A stretch of DNA of 64,000 nucleotides from Macrostomum lignano (Eukaryota), in NCBI GenBank assembly GCA_002269645.1, contig NIVC01000194.1, forward strand, positions 1 through 64,000. Reading direction: 5' to 3'. This document shows, one piece after another, positions 35,051-45,629 of the stretch. The number at the start of each line of letters is the position of its first letter. Position 1 is the stretch's first letter. The notes beneath the pieces were generated by a model. The model was not told the origin of the DNA. It searched no databases and saw nothing but the letters and a program-made list of their open reading frames with translations. The translations under genes and the position numbers were made by a program.

Positions 35051-35350
35051 TCAGTCGCCAGTCAGCGACCCGAACATGGCAAACTGCATGGCGGCCGCGG
35101 CGGCCCCCAGCTCGCCTTCGTTTTCGTCCTCCACGCCGTCCCGGCCAGCGCGACCTCGGCGCCGCACGGCCTCGGCCCGGAGCAGCAGACCGCAGGCGAG
35201 GAGCGTCAGGGCCAGCAGGCAGGCGGCTGTGAGGCTGCAGGCCAGCAGCGGCATGAGGGAGGCTGCGGGCGCCACGGTCGGTGGTGGCGGCTGCGGCGGC
35301 AAGATCAAAGGCCAATGGTTCGAGTCATTCTTCAATAGCGGCTCAGACAT
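35051..35350 (-). CDS. Small single-pass membrane protein (99 aa), unknown family
   Basis: GC-rich ORF with an NDS sequon, Pro-rich stalk, ~25-aa hydrophobic helix, then RRRGR and an acidic tail; CCAAT upstream. Confidence 0.45.
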   Translation of the reverse strand: MSEPLLKNDSNHWPLILPPQPPPPTVAPAASLMPLLACSLTAACLLALTLLACGLLLRAEAVRRRGRAGRDGVEDENEGELGAAAAAMQFAMFGSLTGD

Positions 35351-36199
35351 GCTGCTCAGTTCGTCTGCACCGGAGCTGCAGTCCTGCGGTGGCTGCCGTT
35401 TTGTAAGCAGCAGCTGAGGGTCTCCCCTGTATTGGATTGGCTGAAGCCGACTTCAATTCCCCAGCCATGGACTTTCAGTTAGCGCATCTGGATGGGAAAC
35501 TGCATTTAGTTTTCACTGACTCACTGACTGCTGCACAAGGAGGCTGGGTACCCAACGAGGCAGCTTTTACGCTATGAGGCCTGAATACAAAATAGGCCTT
35601 GTAGTACATGAAGTCAATATACCAACAGGGCCTGTGTAAAATACTGATTTTGTACCTAACATGAGGCCGTCTTCAATATCAAGAATAGCCTGCACCCGTT
35701 AAAAGCTCTGTCGGATTTCTAGGAAATTTTTTCAACCGTGCACTGCGTGCGTCAGAACTTGTAGTATTTTTTTGAGAAATCATTGTTGGTGTAGTGACTA
35801 CAATATTTGATTAGTTAGAGTACGTGTATTTGACATATATTTATTTATTTTTTATTAGCGTATATTCCTAATATTTCTACTGTTAGTAAAGTATATCAAA
35901 TAAAAATTCAGTATAATTTAAGCTAGGTATTTCTGTTGTACGTCCGTATTTTAATTTATCGATTTGTAGGTTTTTATACACGATGTTTCCTGGCGGACCA
36001 GCCAGCATTGAGAAGTCGCCACTCTATGCGCCAGTAAGCAATTTCTCTTGGACTATTCCGAAATACGAAGGGTCCCAGAAGTAGTGTCACTTTTGCTTGC
36101 TTCTACGAGTGTTTAATGTGTGTTTAAAAAATCATATGCCTTAAAAGTTACTCGTAAAAGATACAAGAAAACTGAGGGGTAGCTTTAATCCGTCCAACC

Positions 36200-37665
36200 C
36201 TCGCAACCCCCACTCCATTCCTCAACCTACATGGAAGTCTCCCGCGTGTACACACCCCACTCCATTCCTCAACCTACATGGAAGTCTCCCGCGTGTACAC
36301 ACCCCCACTCCATTCCTCAACCACATGGAAGTCTCCCGCGTGCACACACCCCACTCCATTCCTCACCTACATGGAAGTCTCCCGCGTGTACACACCCCCA
36401 CTCCATTCCTCAACCTACATGGAAGTCTCCCGCGTGTACACACCCCACTCCATTCCTCAACCTACATGGAAGTCTCCCGCGTGTACACACCCCCACTCCA
36501 TTCCTCAACCTACATGGAAGTCTCCCGCGTGTACACACCCCACTCCATTCCTCAACCTACATGGAAGTCTCCCGCGTGCACACACCCCCACTCCATTCCT
36601 CAACCACATGGAAGTCTCCCGCGTGCACACACCCCACTCCATTCCTCACCTACATGGAAGTCTCCCGCGTGTACACACCCCCACTCCATTCCTCAACCTA
36701 CATGGAAGTCTCCCGCGTGTACACACCCCACTCCATTCCTCAACCACATGGAAGTCTCCCGCGTGTACACACCCCCACTCCATTCCTCAACCACATGGAA
36801 GTCTCCCGCGTGCACACAACCCCACTCCATTCCTCAACCTACATGGAAGTCTCCCGCGTGCACACACCCCCACTCCATTCCTCAACCACATGGAAGTCTC
36901 CCGCGTGTACACACCCCACTCCATTCCTCAACCTACATGGAAGTCTCCCGCGTGTACACACCCCCACTCCATTCCTCAACCACATGGAAGTCTCCCGCGT
37001 GCACACACCCCCACTCCATTCCTCAACCACATGGAAGTCTCCCGCGTGCACACACCCCCCACTCCATTCCTCAACCTACATGGAAGTCTCCCGCGTGTAC
37101 ACACCCCACTCCATTCCTCAACCTACATGGAAGTCTCCCACGTGTACACACCCCCACTCCATTCCTCAACCACATGGAAGTCTCCCGCGTGCACACACCC
37201 CCACTCCATTCCTCAACCTACATGGAAGTCTCCCGCGTGCACACACCCCCACTCCATTCCTCAACCACATGGAAGTCTCCCGCGTGCACACACCCCCACT
37301 CCATTCCTCACCCTACATGGAAGTCTCCCGCGTGCACACCCCCCACTCCATTCCTCAACCACATGGAAGTCTCCCGCGTGCACACACCCCCACTCCATTC
37401 CTCAACCTACATGGAAGTCTCCCGCGTGCACACACCCCCACTCCATTCCTCAACCACATGGAAGTCTCCCGCGTGCACACACCCCCACTCCATTCCTCAC
37501 CCTACATGGAAGTCTCCCGCGTGCACACCCCCCACTCCATTCCTCAACCACATGGAAGTCTCCCGCGTGCACACACCCCCACTCCATTCCTCACCCTACA
37601 TGGAAGTCTCCCGCGTGCACACACCCCCACTCCATTCCTCAACCTACATGGAAGTCTCCCGCATG
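36200..37665. repeat. 47-48-bp minisatellite (catggaagtctcccgcgtgtacacacccccactccattcctcaaccta)
   Basis: ~30 copies. Confidence 0.97.
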
Positions 37666-37879
37666 GCGTAGCGAAAGTTGCGTCGTTCGCAAAATTCAAA
37701 AGTGGCTAGCACAGACGGAATCTCGTGATGGCGACTTTTCAATGTTGCTGAGTATATATTGGAGCGGATTATAGCTCTCTTACTTTGCTACTCAACTGCA
37801 ACTGCAATACTCGTATTCAACATTGTTTTCATATTTTTTAATTTATTTCGTGTTAGACGGGCAGCAAGCTGTTTTTTGC

Positions 37880-38146
37880 AACTAATTAATAATAATTGAA
37901 TAAATTGATCACACCTGCCCCAATGGGCAGATGTGCAACCGACAGCTCTCGATCAGCCGCAGCGGTCGCCACACACCGCAATTACCCCAGCTAATTATGC
38001 TGGCACCCATTTTACAGCTGGGTGAACTGAAGCAATGCAGAGTTAAGTGTCTTGCTCAAGGACACAAATTGTTCCGGTGGGTTAGGAATCGAACCCCCGA
38101 CCTTCAAGTCGTGAGTCCGACGCTCTAACCACTAGGCTACAACCCC
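37880..38146 (-). mobile_element. tRNA-headed SINE with CORE/Meta-type central domain
   Basis: Box A TAGCCTAGTGG and box B GGTTCGATTCC, no acceptor stem; followed by gtgtccttgagcaagacacttaac...ctgtaaaatggg and an AT-rich tail. Confidence 0.8.
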
Positions 38147-38419
38147 GTAAAAATTCACGAAATATATACAAATAAATAGTATCTATGCACGAAAAATAAT
38201 AATATAGAGTCGCAGAAGTGGCACTTTTTGATAGGATATCGATCGAGCCGCGTGAAAAAAAGAAGCACAAAAGTGCAGCATCGGTCGGTGGGGCCGGCAG
38301 TTGAAGGCGCCGCTCGGTCCAAAGTCCAGCCAAGCCAAGCGGGGTCAGACAGTGCACAGAAATCTCTCCAGTTCGAATTCTGAAAAAAGTTTATCTCTGG
38401 TATTTCGCATCAGGGCGCG

Positions 38420-38426
38420 TATAAAA
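38420..38426 (+). promoter_or_regulatory. TATA box (TATAAAA) of the TMEM272-like gene
   Basis: Canonical TATA in GC-rich context, ~70 nt upstream of a GCCGCCATG Kozak start; AATAAA at 38881-38886. Confidence 0.6.
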
Positions 38427-38492
38427 GGGCCGCAAAGGGCGCAGCGGCTGCAAGTGTGAAGCAGCCCCACCTGACCGCCTCCCGCCGCCGCC

Positions 38493-38826
38493 ATGAGCTG
38501 CAGAACTTTTATTATCTACTGCCTGATCCTGGCTGACATGGGCCTCGGAGTCGCCCTTGGTGCCGCCCGTTGGTAACGCAACCGCCATCCCCGCCAGCGC
38601 AGGCAGCTACTGCCACAAGCCCATGTTTTTGTTCGCCAGGTTCACCCTGCTCATGCGCATCGCCCTGCTGGTGCTCAACTTCTCCATCGCCTTCTGCACC
38701 TGCTGCGCCGGCTGCGGCGTCCTCATCACCGCCTGCTGCTGCTACCTCTGCAAGAAGCAGAAACAACAAAAAGAAGAAGAAGAGAAGCCGAAGGCGGAGG
38801 CCGAGCTGGCCTCCTTGGAATGCTGA
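38493..38826 (+). CDS. Compact intronless TMEM272-like membrane protein (~110 aa), with a +1 frameshift in the C run at 38554-38556
   Basis: 334 nt = 111 codons + 1; corrected protein has an N-terminal hydrophobic segment, NAT sequon, YCHKPMFLFA (like the YCxKxLYLFA motif I recall for TMEM272), a TM helix, a Cys cluster and a charged tail. Confidence 0.5.
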
Positions 38827-39463
38827 CCATGGACAGCTGAAGTAAAAGGACGCTATGTTCTATAATATTTTTATAACTTTAATAAAAAAACGGCCCTGTT
38901 TCTCATATTTTCGCCCCCACACCGCCACTTTCCCTGCTCTTTTATTTTTTTCTCTCGCAGCCTTGCCAAGGCAAAAATATCTATGGCACAATCTCATTAA
39001 TACCCATGCTTTGCGGGCATAAATGAGAAATCAGAGGGCGCCTTTTTCTGAGAAATCAGAATTTCTCATTCACGCCCTTAAGGCATGGGTATTAATATAC
39101 TACTGTATCTATAGCTGCTTCTCAAGTCGCTTCAAGCTAAACCTTTGTTCAACCTTTGTTTTATTCAATGCATACTTAATGCGTTTCTATAATAAACTCA
39201 ATTTTGTGCCTAATGTGGTCACCGCGCTTGTGGCCACACGCGGTAAGATTTTGGCTTTGCCTGCACTTTCTTTGCAAAGAAAAAAGCCCGTTCAACAGGC
39301 GTACTGCAGGCCTGCAGCCGAGTACAGCCCCAACCCTACCTCTGGCAGCGGAGCTCACCGCTTCTCTATTTTTAGCTTCGGGACGGATTGAGTTCAATCA
39401 GGGAGGAAGGCAGAGAAACTGAGTCGGCGTGTCGCCACACGCGGTGCCCGTGCTGTAAAAGTC

Positions 39464-39470
39464 TATATAA
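39464..39470 (+). promoter_or_regulatory. TATA box (TATATAA) of the vWA gene
   Basis: ~30 nt upstream of an Inr-like TCAGAC and ~95 nt upstream of ATG 39562. Confidence 0.55.
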
Positions 39471-39561
39471 TCGAGCCTCCGGACTCCGACCAGCTGCTCA
39501 GACACAGAGCAAAACCTTGCCAAGCTTCTGACTCTGAACCGAACGCTTTCTCAATAAACAC

Positions 39562-41100
39562 ATGGCACTCCCTGGAGCTCAGCCGCTGGACTTGGCCTTC
39601 TCTTTCGACACGACCGGCTCAATGGGCTCCGTCATCAACGAGGTGCGCAGCAACATCGCCGAGATGCTGCAGCGGCTCGCCACCGACATCCCGGACCTGA
39701 GCGTGGCCCTCATCGCTCACGGAGACTACGGGGACAAGTACGAGACGGAGATCCGCGACTTCGGCACCTCCACAGCGGACCTGGTGCGGTTCGCCAAGAC
39801 TGTGCAGGGCACGCACGGCGGGGACGAGCCCGAGTGCTACGAGCTGGTGCTGCAGCAGGCCCGCACCCGCCTCAGCTGGCGCCCGCACAGCAGCCGCGCT
39901 CTGGTGCTGGTCGGCGACGCCTTCCCGCACGAGGTGGGCAGCGCCAGGAACAAGTACAAGATCGACTGGAAGGCGGAGACCGAGTTGCTGCACCAGCTGG
40001 GAGTCACCGTGTACTGCGTGCAGTGCGGCAGCAGCAGGAACTCGCAGAGCTTCATGGACCACGTCGCCAAGGTGACCGGCGGCCTGCGGCTCCCCCTGGC
40101 TGAGTTCCGGGGCGTTCGCGACTTCCTCATGGCCATCGCCTACCGGGAGGGCGGCACCGACATCCTTCGCGACGGCTACGAGCGCGAGGTGCGCGCCAGG
40201 GACGGCGCCGCGCTAGCCGGCGACGTGAGCGCCATGCTTGGCCTCGTGCGCCGCTCGTCGGCGGCCACCCTGGCGGCCAGCAGCGTCGCCGCCGACCCGT
40301 CCGGGGCAGCCACTGGGACAAAGACTGCGGCGAGGCGAACAAAGACTGCCAAAGCGGTGACCGCCGGAACTTCAGGAAAGGCGAAGAAGCCCGTCACGAA
40401 GCCCTTCACGAAGCCCGTCAAGAAGCCCGTCACGAAGCCCGTCACGAAGCCCGTCACGAAGCCCTTCACGAAGCCCGTCAAGAAGCCCGTCACGAAGCCC
40501 GTCACGAAGCCCGTCACGAAGCCCGTCACGAAGTCCGTCACGAAGTCCGTCATGGCAGCTGCGAGAATTTCGCGGGCGCGGGCTGCCAGGGCGGTCCGAA
40601 CTCGCCGGGAGACCTGCTCCGACAGGCACCTGCCCGCTGGGCTGGCCGCTCTCACCTGGTCTCCCTGGCGCTTGGTCGGTCAGCCCGGAAGTGTGTCCCG
40701 GTTGTCATGGCAACGCTTTGGAAGCGGCTCGGTGCGCAAGTCGCTGTTCAGCCGCGGCGGCGGTGGCGGCCAGCAAGTCGTGGAGCTCGCCGTGCAGCCG
40801 CGGCCCGGCGCCCGGCGCTTCCCGCTGTTCGGCCGCGTCCTCTCCGCCGGCAGCAGCCGACGCCGCGGCCTGCCGGTGGTCAGCGTGAAGAGCCTCCTGG
40901 CTGGCCGGCCGGCTGCCCGGGCCCAACTGGAGCGGGTGCTGCGCCAGGGCATGCGGGTGTTCGCCAGGGTGGCCGGCGCTTCTCCCGCGAGCCTGCGGCC
41001 CCGGCTGGCCAAGGCGGCGAGCTACGCGTGGAACAGCGGCCGCTCGGCGAGGTGCGGCGGCGTCTTCGTGTCCGTGTCCGAGAGGAGTCTGCGCGGCTGA
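39562..41100 (+). CDS. Intronless vWA-domain protein (512 aa) with KPVT-repeat linker and basic C-terminal domain
   Basis: MIDAS-type [32 protein letters not shown]; strong GC3 bias; 12-bp aagcccgtcacg repeats at ~40385-40550. Confidence 0.88.
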   Translation: MALPGAQPLDLAFSFDTTGSMGSVINEVRSNIAEMLQRLATDIPDLSVALIAHGDYGDKYETEIRDFGTSTADLVRFAKTVQGTHGGDEPECYELVLQQARTRLSWRPHSSRALVLVGDAFPHEVGSARNKYKIDWKAETELLHQLGVTVYCVQCGSSRNSQSFMDHVAKVTGGLRLPLAEFRGVRDFLMAIAYREGGTDILRDGYEREVRARDGAALAGDVSAMLGLVRRSSAATLAASSVAADPSGAATGTKTAARRTKTAKAVTAGTSGKAKKPVTKPFTKPVKKPVTKPVTKPVTKPFTKPVKKPVTKPVTKPVTKPVTKSVTKSVMAAARISRARAARAVRTRRETCSDRHLPAGLAALTWSPWRLVGQPGSVSRLSWQRFGSGSVRKSLFSRGGGGGQQVVELAVQPRPGARRFPLFGRVLSAGSSRRRGLPVVSVKSLLAGRPAARAQLERVLRQGMRVFARVAGASPASLRPRLAKAASYAWNSGRSARCGGVFVSVSERSLRG

Positions 41101-41356
41101 GCGCGCGAGCGACTCCTGCTGCTTCGTGATAGTCGTGGACTTTTAAGAGCTTTGAGTTGATATTTTAACATTTCCTTATATGTACGAGCTTGTATATCAT
41201 CGCATGGAATTCCTTTAAACATAAAAATTATACCTGATTATAAATTAGGCAGTAGTAAACAGATGACAGATGCAAAACTCATTTTGCTTGAAGGCCAATA
41301 TTCTTTTTTTATATTCCGTCGCTATCGCTCTCTATTGCTTCGAGTTGAAGTTATGA

Positions 41357-42760
41357 GTGTGCGCTCCCACTGGACACGCCGCTCCCAGCTGGGGAGGAAC
41401 TCTGCACCAGACCAGTCACCACGGAGGACGTTGTGCTGTTTGCTCGAAAAACACCAGGCCGGCCCACCAAGTGGACCGTCGCGCACATCGTGCCGATCCC
41501 GAAGAAGACCTCTGCGGGATCTCGCTGATGTCCTGCACCGCGAAGCTCTTCAACCGGCTGCTGTTCGATCGTCTGCAGTTGGTGCTGGACCCGTACCGTA
41601 CCCTTACCACACAGATCATCGCACTCCGCTGTGTCATCAAGGAGGCGCGAATCCGCCAGTCCACGCTGATCATTGTCTTCGTTGACTTTCGAAATGCGTT
41701 TGACTCGGTGTTGAGAGCCGCGCTTTCCTTTGTCCTTCGAGCCTACCAGGTACCCCAAAAGCCGGTCGACGCTGTCATGGCGCTGTATTGCGACACTCGA
41801 GGTGCTGTGGTTCTGCAGGGCGACACGCTGGCGCCGTTCCTCTTTGTGCTGCTGCTGGACTGGGTGCTTCGGACCGCACTCCCCTCGGCTGACGACGGCT
41901 TCCTGATGCGCAGACGCATCGGTCGCCGCCACGGCGAAAAGCGACTGAGCGTGCCTGGCTACGCCGACGACCTCACCCTCCTGCCCTCGTCCGTAGAAGG
42001 CGCCCAGCGCCAGATCGACAGGCTGGTCGAGGTGGCACTGAGCGTCGGTCTCGTTGTCAACACGCTGAAGACCGAGGTGCTGACTGTGCCAGCCGGCATC
42101 CCAGCGGCCTCACGTGAAGGAGGACCTCCGGCGGCACAGAGGGTGCGGCCTTCAGTTCAATCCAAGCCGTCCTCCAGTCCGAAGCGCTGCCCGACCGCCA
42201 GAGGGCTCGGCTGTGACAGGCCCTGGTTGTTGTTGTTGTTGTTGTTATCAACCGTAGGAACCTACTATTGACTACTCCCCTTCTCCAGCAACCTCACCCT
42301 CTCCCGGAAGTCTCTCCACAGCGAGTAGCACTCCGGGGGTTGCTGACACAGCGCGCGTCAGCAACCCCAGGCGGTGGTCGAAACCATCGGCGCTCTACAA
42401 CGGCTACAAATACGCTGACGGCTACGCTAGAGCGGCAGCTGGACTCGGTACACTCAGGGCTGCTCCGTGCGGCCTTTCGAGCTGACGAGAGCGTCGGGAC
42501 CGAGGCCCTGTACGATCGGGCCAAGCTGCAGCGCCTGTCCACGATCCTGCGCCGGCGGCGACTTTAACTGGCGGGCCACGTGATCCGGGCCGAGGGCTAC
42601 TGCCCCCAACCTGTTCAGGACGTCCTGCTGCTCACCTTGCAGGGCCCATTCAGGCGGGGTCAGACCCGAACCCGTCGATACGTGGACTGCCTGCTGTGCG
42701 ACGCTGGGGTGCCCGGCACTGCAAACGGAGCGCTCCCAGGCTCTGCGGCGCGCCATCTGA
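41357..42760 (+). mobile_element. Degenerate non-LTR retrotransposon reverse transcriptase (RTE-like)
   Basis: IVPIPKK, ISLMSCTAKLFNRLL, FVDFRNAFDSV, QGDTLAPFLF, GYADDL; internal deletions, a (GTT)n insertion and stops. Confidence 0.85.
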
Positions 42761-44229
42761 CGCGCCCTGCTGTAACTGACGCTGCATGCGGGGCCGCGTA
42801 TTTTGTTGTCGTTTGTTTCGTTGTGCACGTGGCTTCAATTCGATGTACATATAGCTCACGCATAGAACTTTAAGCCCGACTCAACAGCCATTCAAAGATG
42901 CAAAAGCACTATAGCGTGCTCCAGCTGGCATGCCGAAGTTACTGCTGGCTATGCAAAGGCCTGTCTTAGTTTCAGCGCTGCCGGGATAGACATATGAGTA
43001 CTAGGCACCTGGGCACTGATGGCCAGGTGTTGCCTGGGCGCTATAGGTGCTAGATAGCTTGCGGCGAAGGCGGCCCTGCGGAATGCGGATGCCGCTGCCG
43101 CCTCCTTGCTACTTTACCATAGTGTTTGCATTGTGACAGCTTGCGGCTGCATCTGGACCTTCTGCGACCTGTCCGCCATCAGCTCAGCCATCAGGGGGGG
43201 GGGGGGCGGACGATGGCAACTTCACAGCTGCGGCGATCGCTGCGAGCCCGTCGACTCACGCTCCTACAGGAATATACTGTAGAATAAAACTTCTGCAGTA
43301 AAACAAATCAATTGACTGCGAAATATACTGTCGAATAAACATTCTTGCATTGTGGAGGGCATGAATTTTAAAATTATGTCCCATAATTTGCATGGGGGAA
43401 CTTTTCAGATGAAGCTCACGGTAGACTGGATAGCGAATTCTGCGAAATCTGTTTTTAAAGTTGTTCTTTATCTGTGCGCTTATAGGCATTTGTTGACTGT
43501 ACCTAATTTTTTACGTGTGTAGTAGTTCTTTCCAGCGTACGTGCACAAATGGACACGCTTAAGTACAGTTAGTTTAGCAGCTGCGTGTACATGTACATTA
43601 AGGGTGGCCCACAACTCATTGATCGAAAAAAAATTGGAAATGTGATTTTTTATCACTAAGCTTTTAATCATAAACCTCAAATCTTAATTTAAAAAGAAAT
43701 ACATTGTTTGAAACAGTTAGTTTTACGACGTTTTTTCATACTATCGATATAATTAAATGCACATACTACACTACAGAACAGTACTACATTACTCGAGCGA
43801 CACATGATCGTCTATCGCCGGATCATCTTGTTGCCGGTTTGACCGGTACCCGAATTCTGCAGATCTCCGACATAAAAAGCTTTAAAAGGTTTTAAAAAAG
43901 ATTTATAAAAATCAGACAGTGGTAAAAATACTGTTACTTTTGACAGGCTTGGGCATGGAGTTCAAAGTTATCACATTTGTTTGAGTTTACTCTTTTTTTA
44001 GAATTTGTCTGGTGTGTATTTTTAATTTCTCTGTCTAATTATTAAATATTTGCTTTGCCAAACTTTGCCAAACGACACTAGAAATTTTCTGCTCAAACAC
44101 CGGCCAAAAAAATCCATGGAAAACGAATGTACTAAAGAAACTGGAAAGTATAGACTTAAAAGCACTAACTGAAGATAAACTTTCCCAAAGCTTTAATAAC
44201 GAGAAATACCTAGTGAAAAAGCACCTCAA

Positions 44230-44640
44230 GATACACAGAGAAAGAGAACTTAGCCAAAAGCTAGAGAATCAGCAACATATTAAACTCTACAAAAACGCCT
44301 ATCTCTACAAAAAAATCTGCAGGCCCGACCTTTCAGATTACTTTCCATGCACTTTTAGAGACAAAAATTCCTAACAACCCTCCTAAAACTGAAATGCGAG
44401 ATTACACCCAACATTTTCTCTCATGAAGCATGTAGACTGTGTGGAGCGAGAAATGGTTCCGATATCCTACACTACTTGACAGAATGTCCACAAACTGAAA
44501 AGATCAGAAAAAAAACTTCTGTTGACCAGTACCTCTTAAATGACAAGCAAGTACACAAGATAGGATATGCTACAAATAAAAAAAGAGTCAGAAAAGAGCT
44601 CACTGGTGTAGCTAAAATATATGAAGTCATGAATAGCTAA
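44230..44640 (+). mobile_element. 3' remnant of a LINE ORF2 with CCHC zinc knuckle
   Basis: Frame from 44368 reads ...EACRLCGARNGSDILHYLTECP (C-x2-C-x9-H-x4-C); the flanking frame is interrupted. Confidence 0.55.
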
Positions 44641-45369
44641 AACAGTTATGCAAACTGAAACAGATACATCAGCAGTGTAATTTTTCAGTTGTTTATTCAT
44701 TTACTGTCTTTTTTATTTTCCTATTTAATTCGTGGTTAATCGTTAGACGTTAAGTTCGTTCGAAGTGTGTTTATGCTCGTTTTCACGCTTTAAAATATCA
44801 CGCGCTTTCAGAAATACTATATCTTTTTACAAAAATCGCCTATTATTGAGAACAATCCTCAATTATACTAGATATTTGTTATATTGACAAAATAATATTT
44901 AACTACCTTTTCTGAATCGCATTTTAGAAGCATCGCAAAGCATTAAGGTCATATATTACAACATCGATTTTCTATTTTTCCCTGCTTAGAATCTTGCTGT
45001 TTCCGTCGCTAGTCGTTAATCGGCTGAAAAAACCGTAAAAAATTCTTGACGCCCTTTCAAATACCTTACTTAATACAAATATCGTGTAGTACTCGTTTTC
45101 AGCGACCGTGTAAAATTTAACCTTTTGAATAAATACTAAATAAATCGGATCATACTGGCATAACAGGCTCCTTAAGCCTGAGCCAAATTTACTACTGCTA
45201 CTACTAATATTTAAATTATATTTAGCCTGATTAACAGAATGTAGTTAGCCTAATAATGACATGATACTTATATAATGGCAATGGCAGGAATTATTGGTGA
45301 AACGTTTTTGTCTGATTGATTCACTTAAAGTAAAAAAGGCAATACAAAAACCCAAAATATGCGACTATG

Positions 45370-45629
45370 AGGCTCTTCATATTGCTTGTTCTGGTTCTAG
45401 AACCAGAACCAATTTGTAAAGTATAACTTTTTGTCTCCTAAACTAGAGGGATTTTAGTGCTTTAAAATTGTGATTATTGGATGGCAATAGCCAAGAAGAA
45501 AGTGAAAAATTGTGCAGAGTGAGGCTGTTAAGGCAGTCAAACATTCAACAAAGTTAAAAAGTTATACTGCTTTTTTTCTTGGAAATCCGAACCGATTCTG
45601 GTTCTGGAATCGATTGCCGTGAAGAGCCT
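45370..45629. mobile_element. 260-bp MITE with AGGCTCTTCA TIRs
   Basis: AGGCTCTTCA...TGAAGAGCCT, subterminal AGAACCAGAA motifs at both ends, 5-bp direct repeat CTATG on both flanks. Confidence 0.65.

Noticed and set aside
36200-37665. CRISPR-like regular array
   Set aside because: No unique spacers, eukaryotic context, no cas genes; same for the other arrays.
38070-38146. tRNA gene
   Set aside because: A and B boxes are present but the acceptor and anticodon stems do not pair, and a SINE core follows; treated as a SINE head.
40701-40714. Third X-box-like motif GTTGTCATGGCAAC
   Set aside because: Lies deep inside the vWA coding sequence with no nearby promoter evidence.
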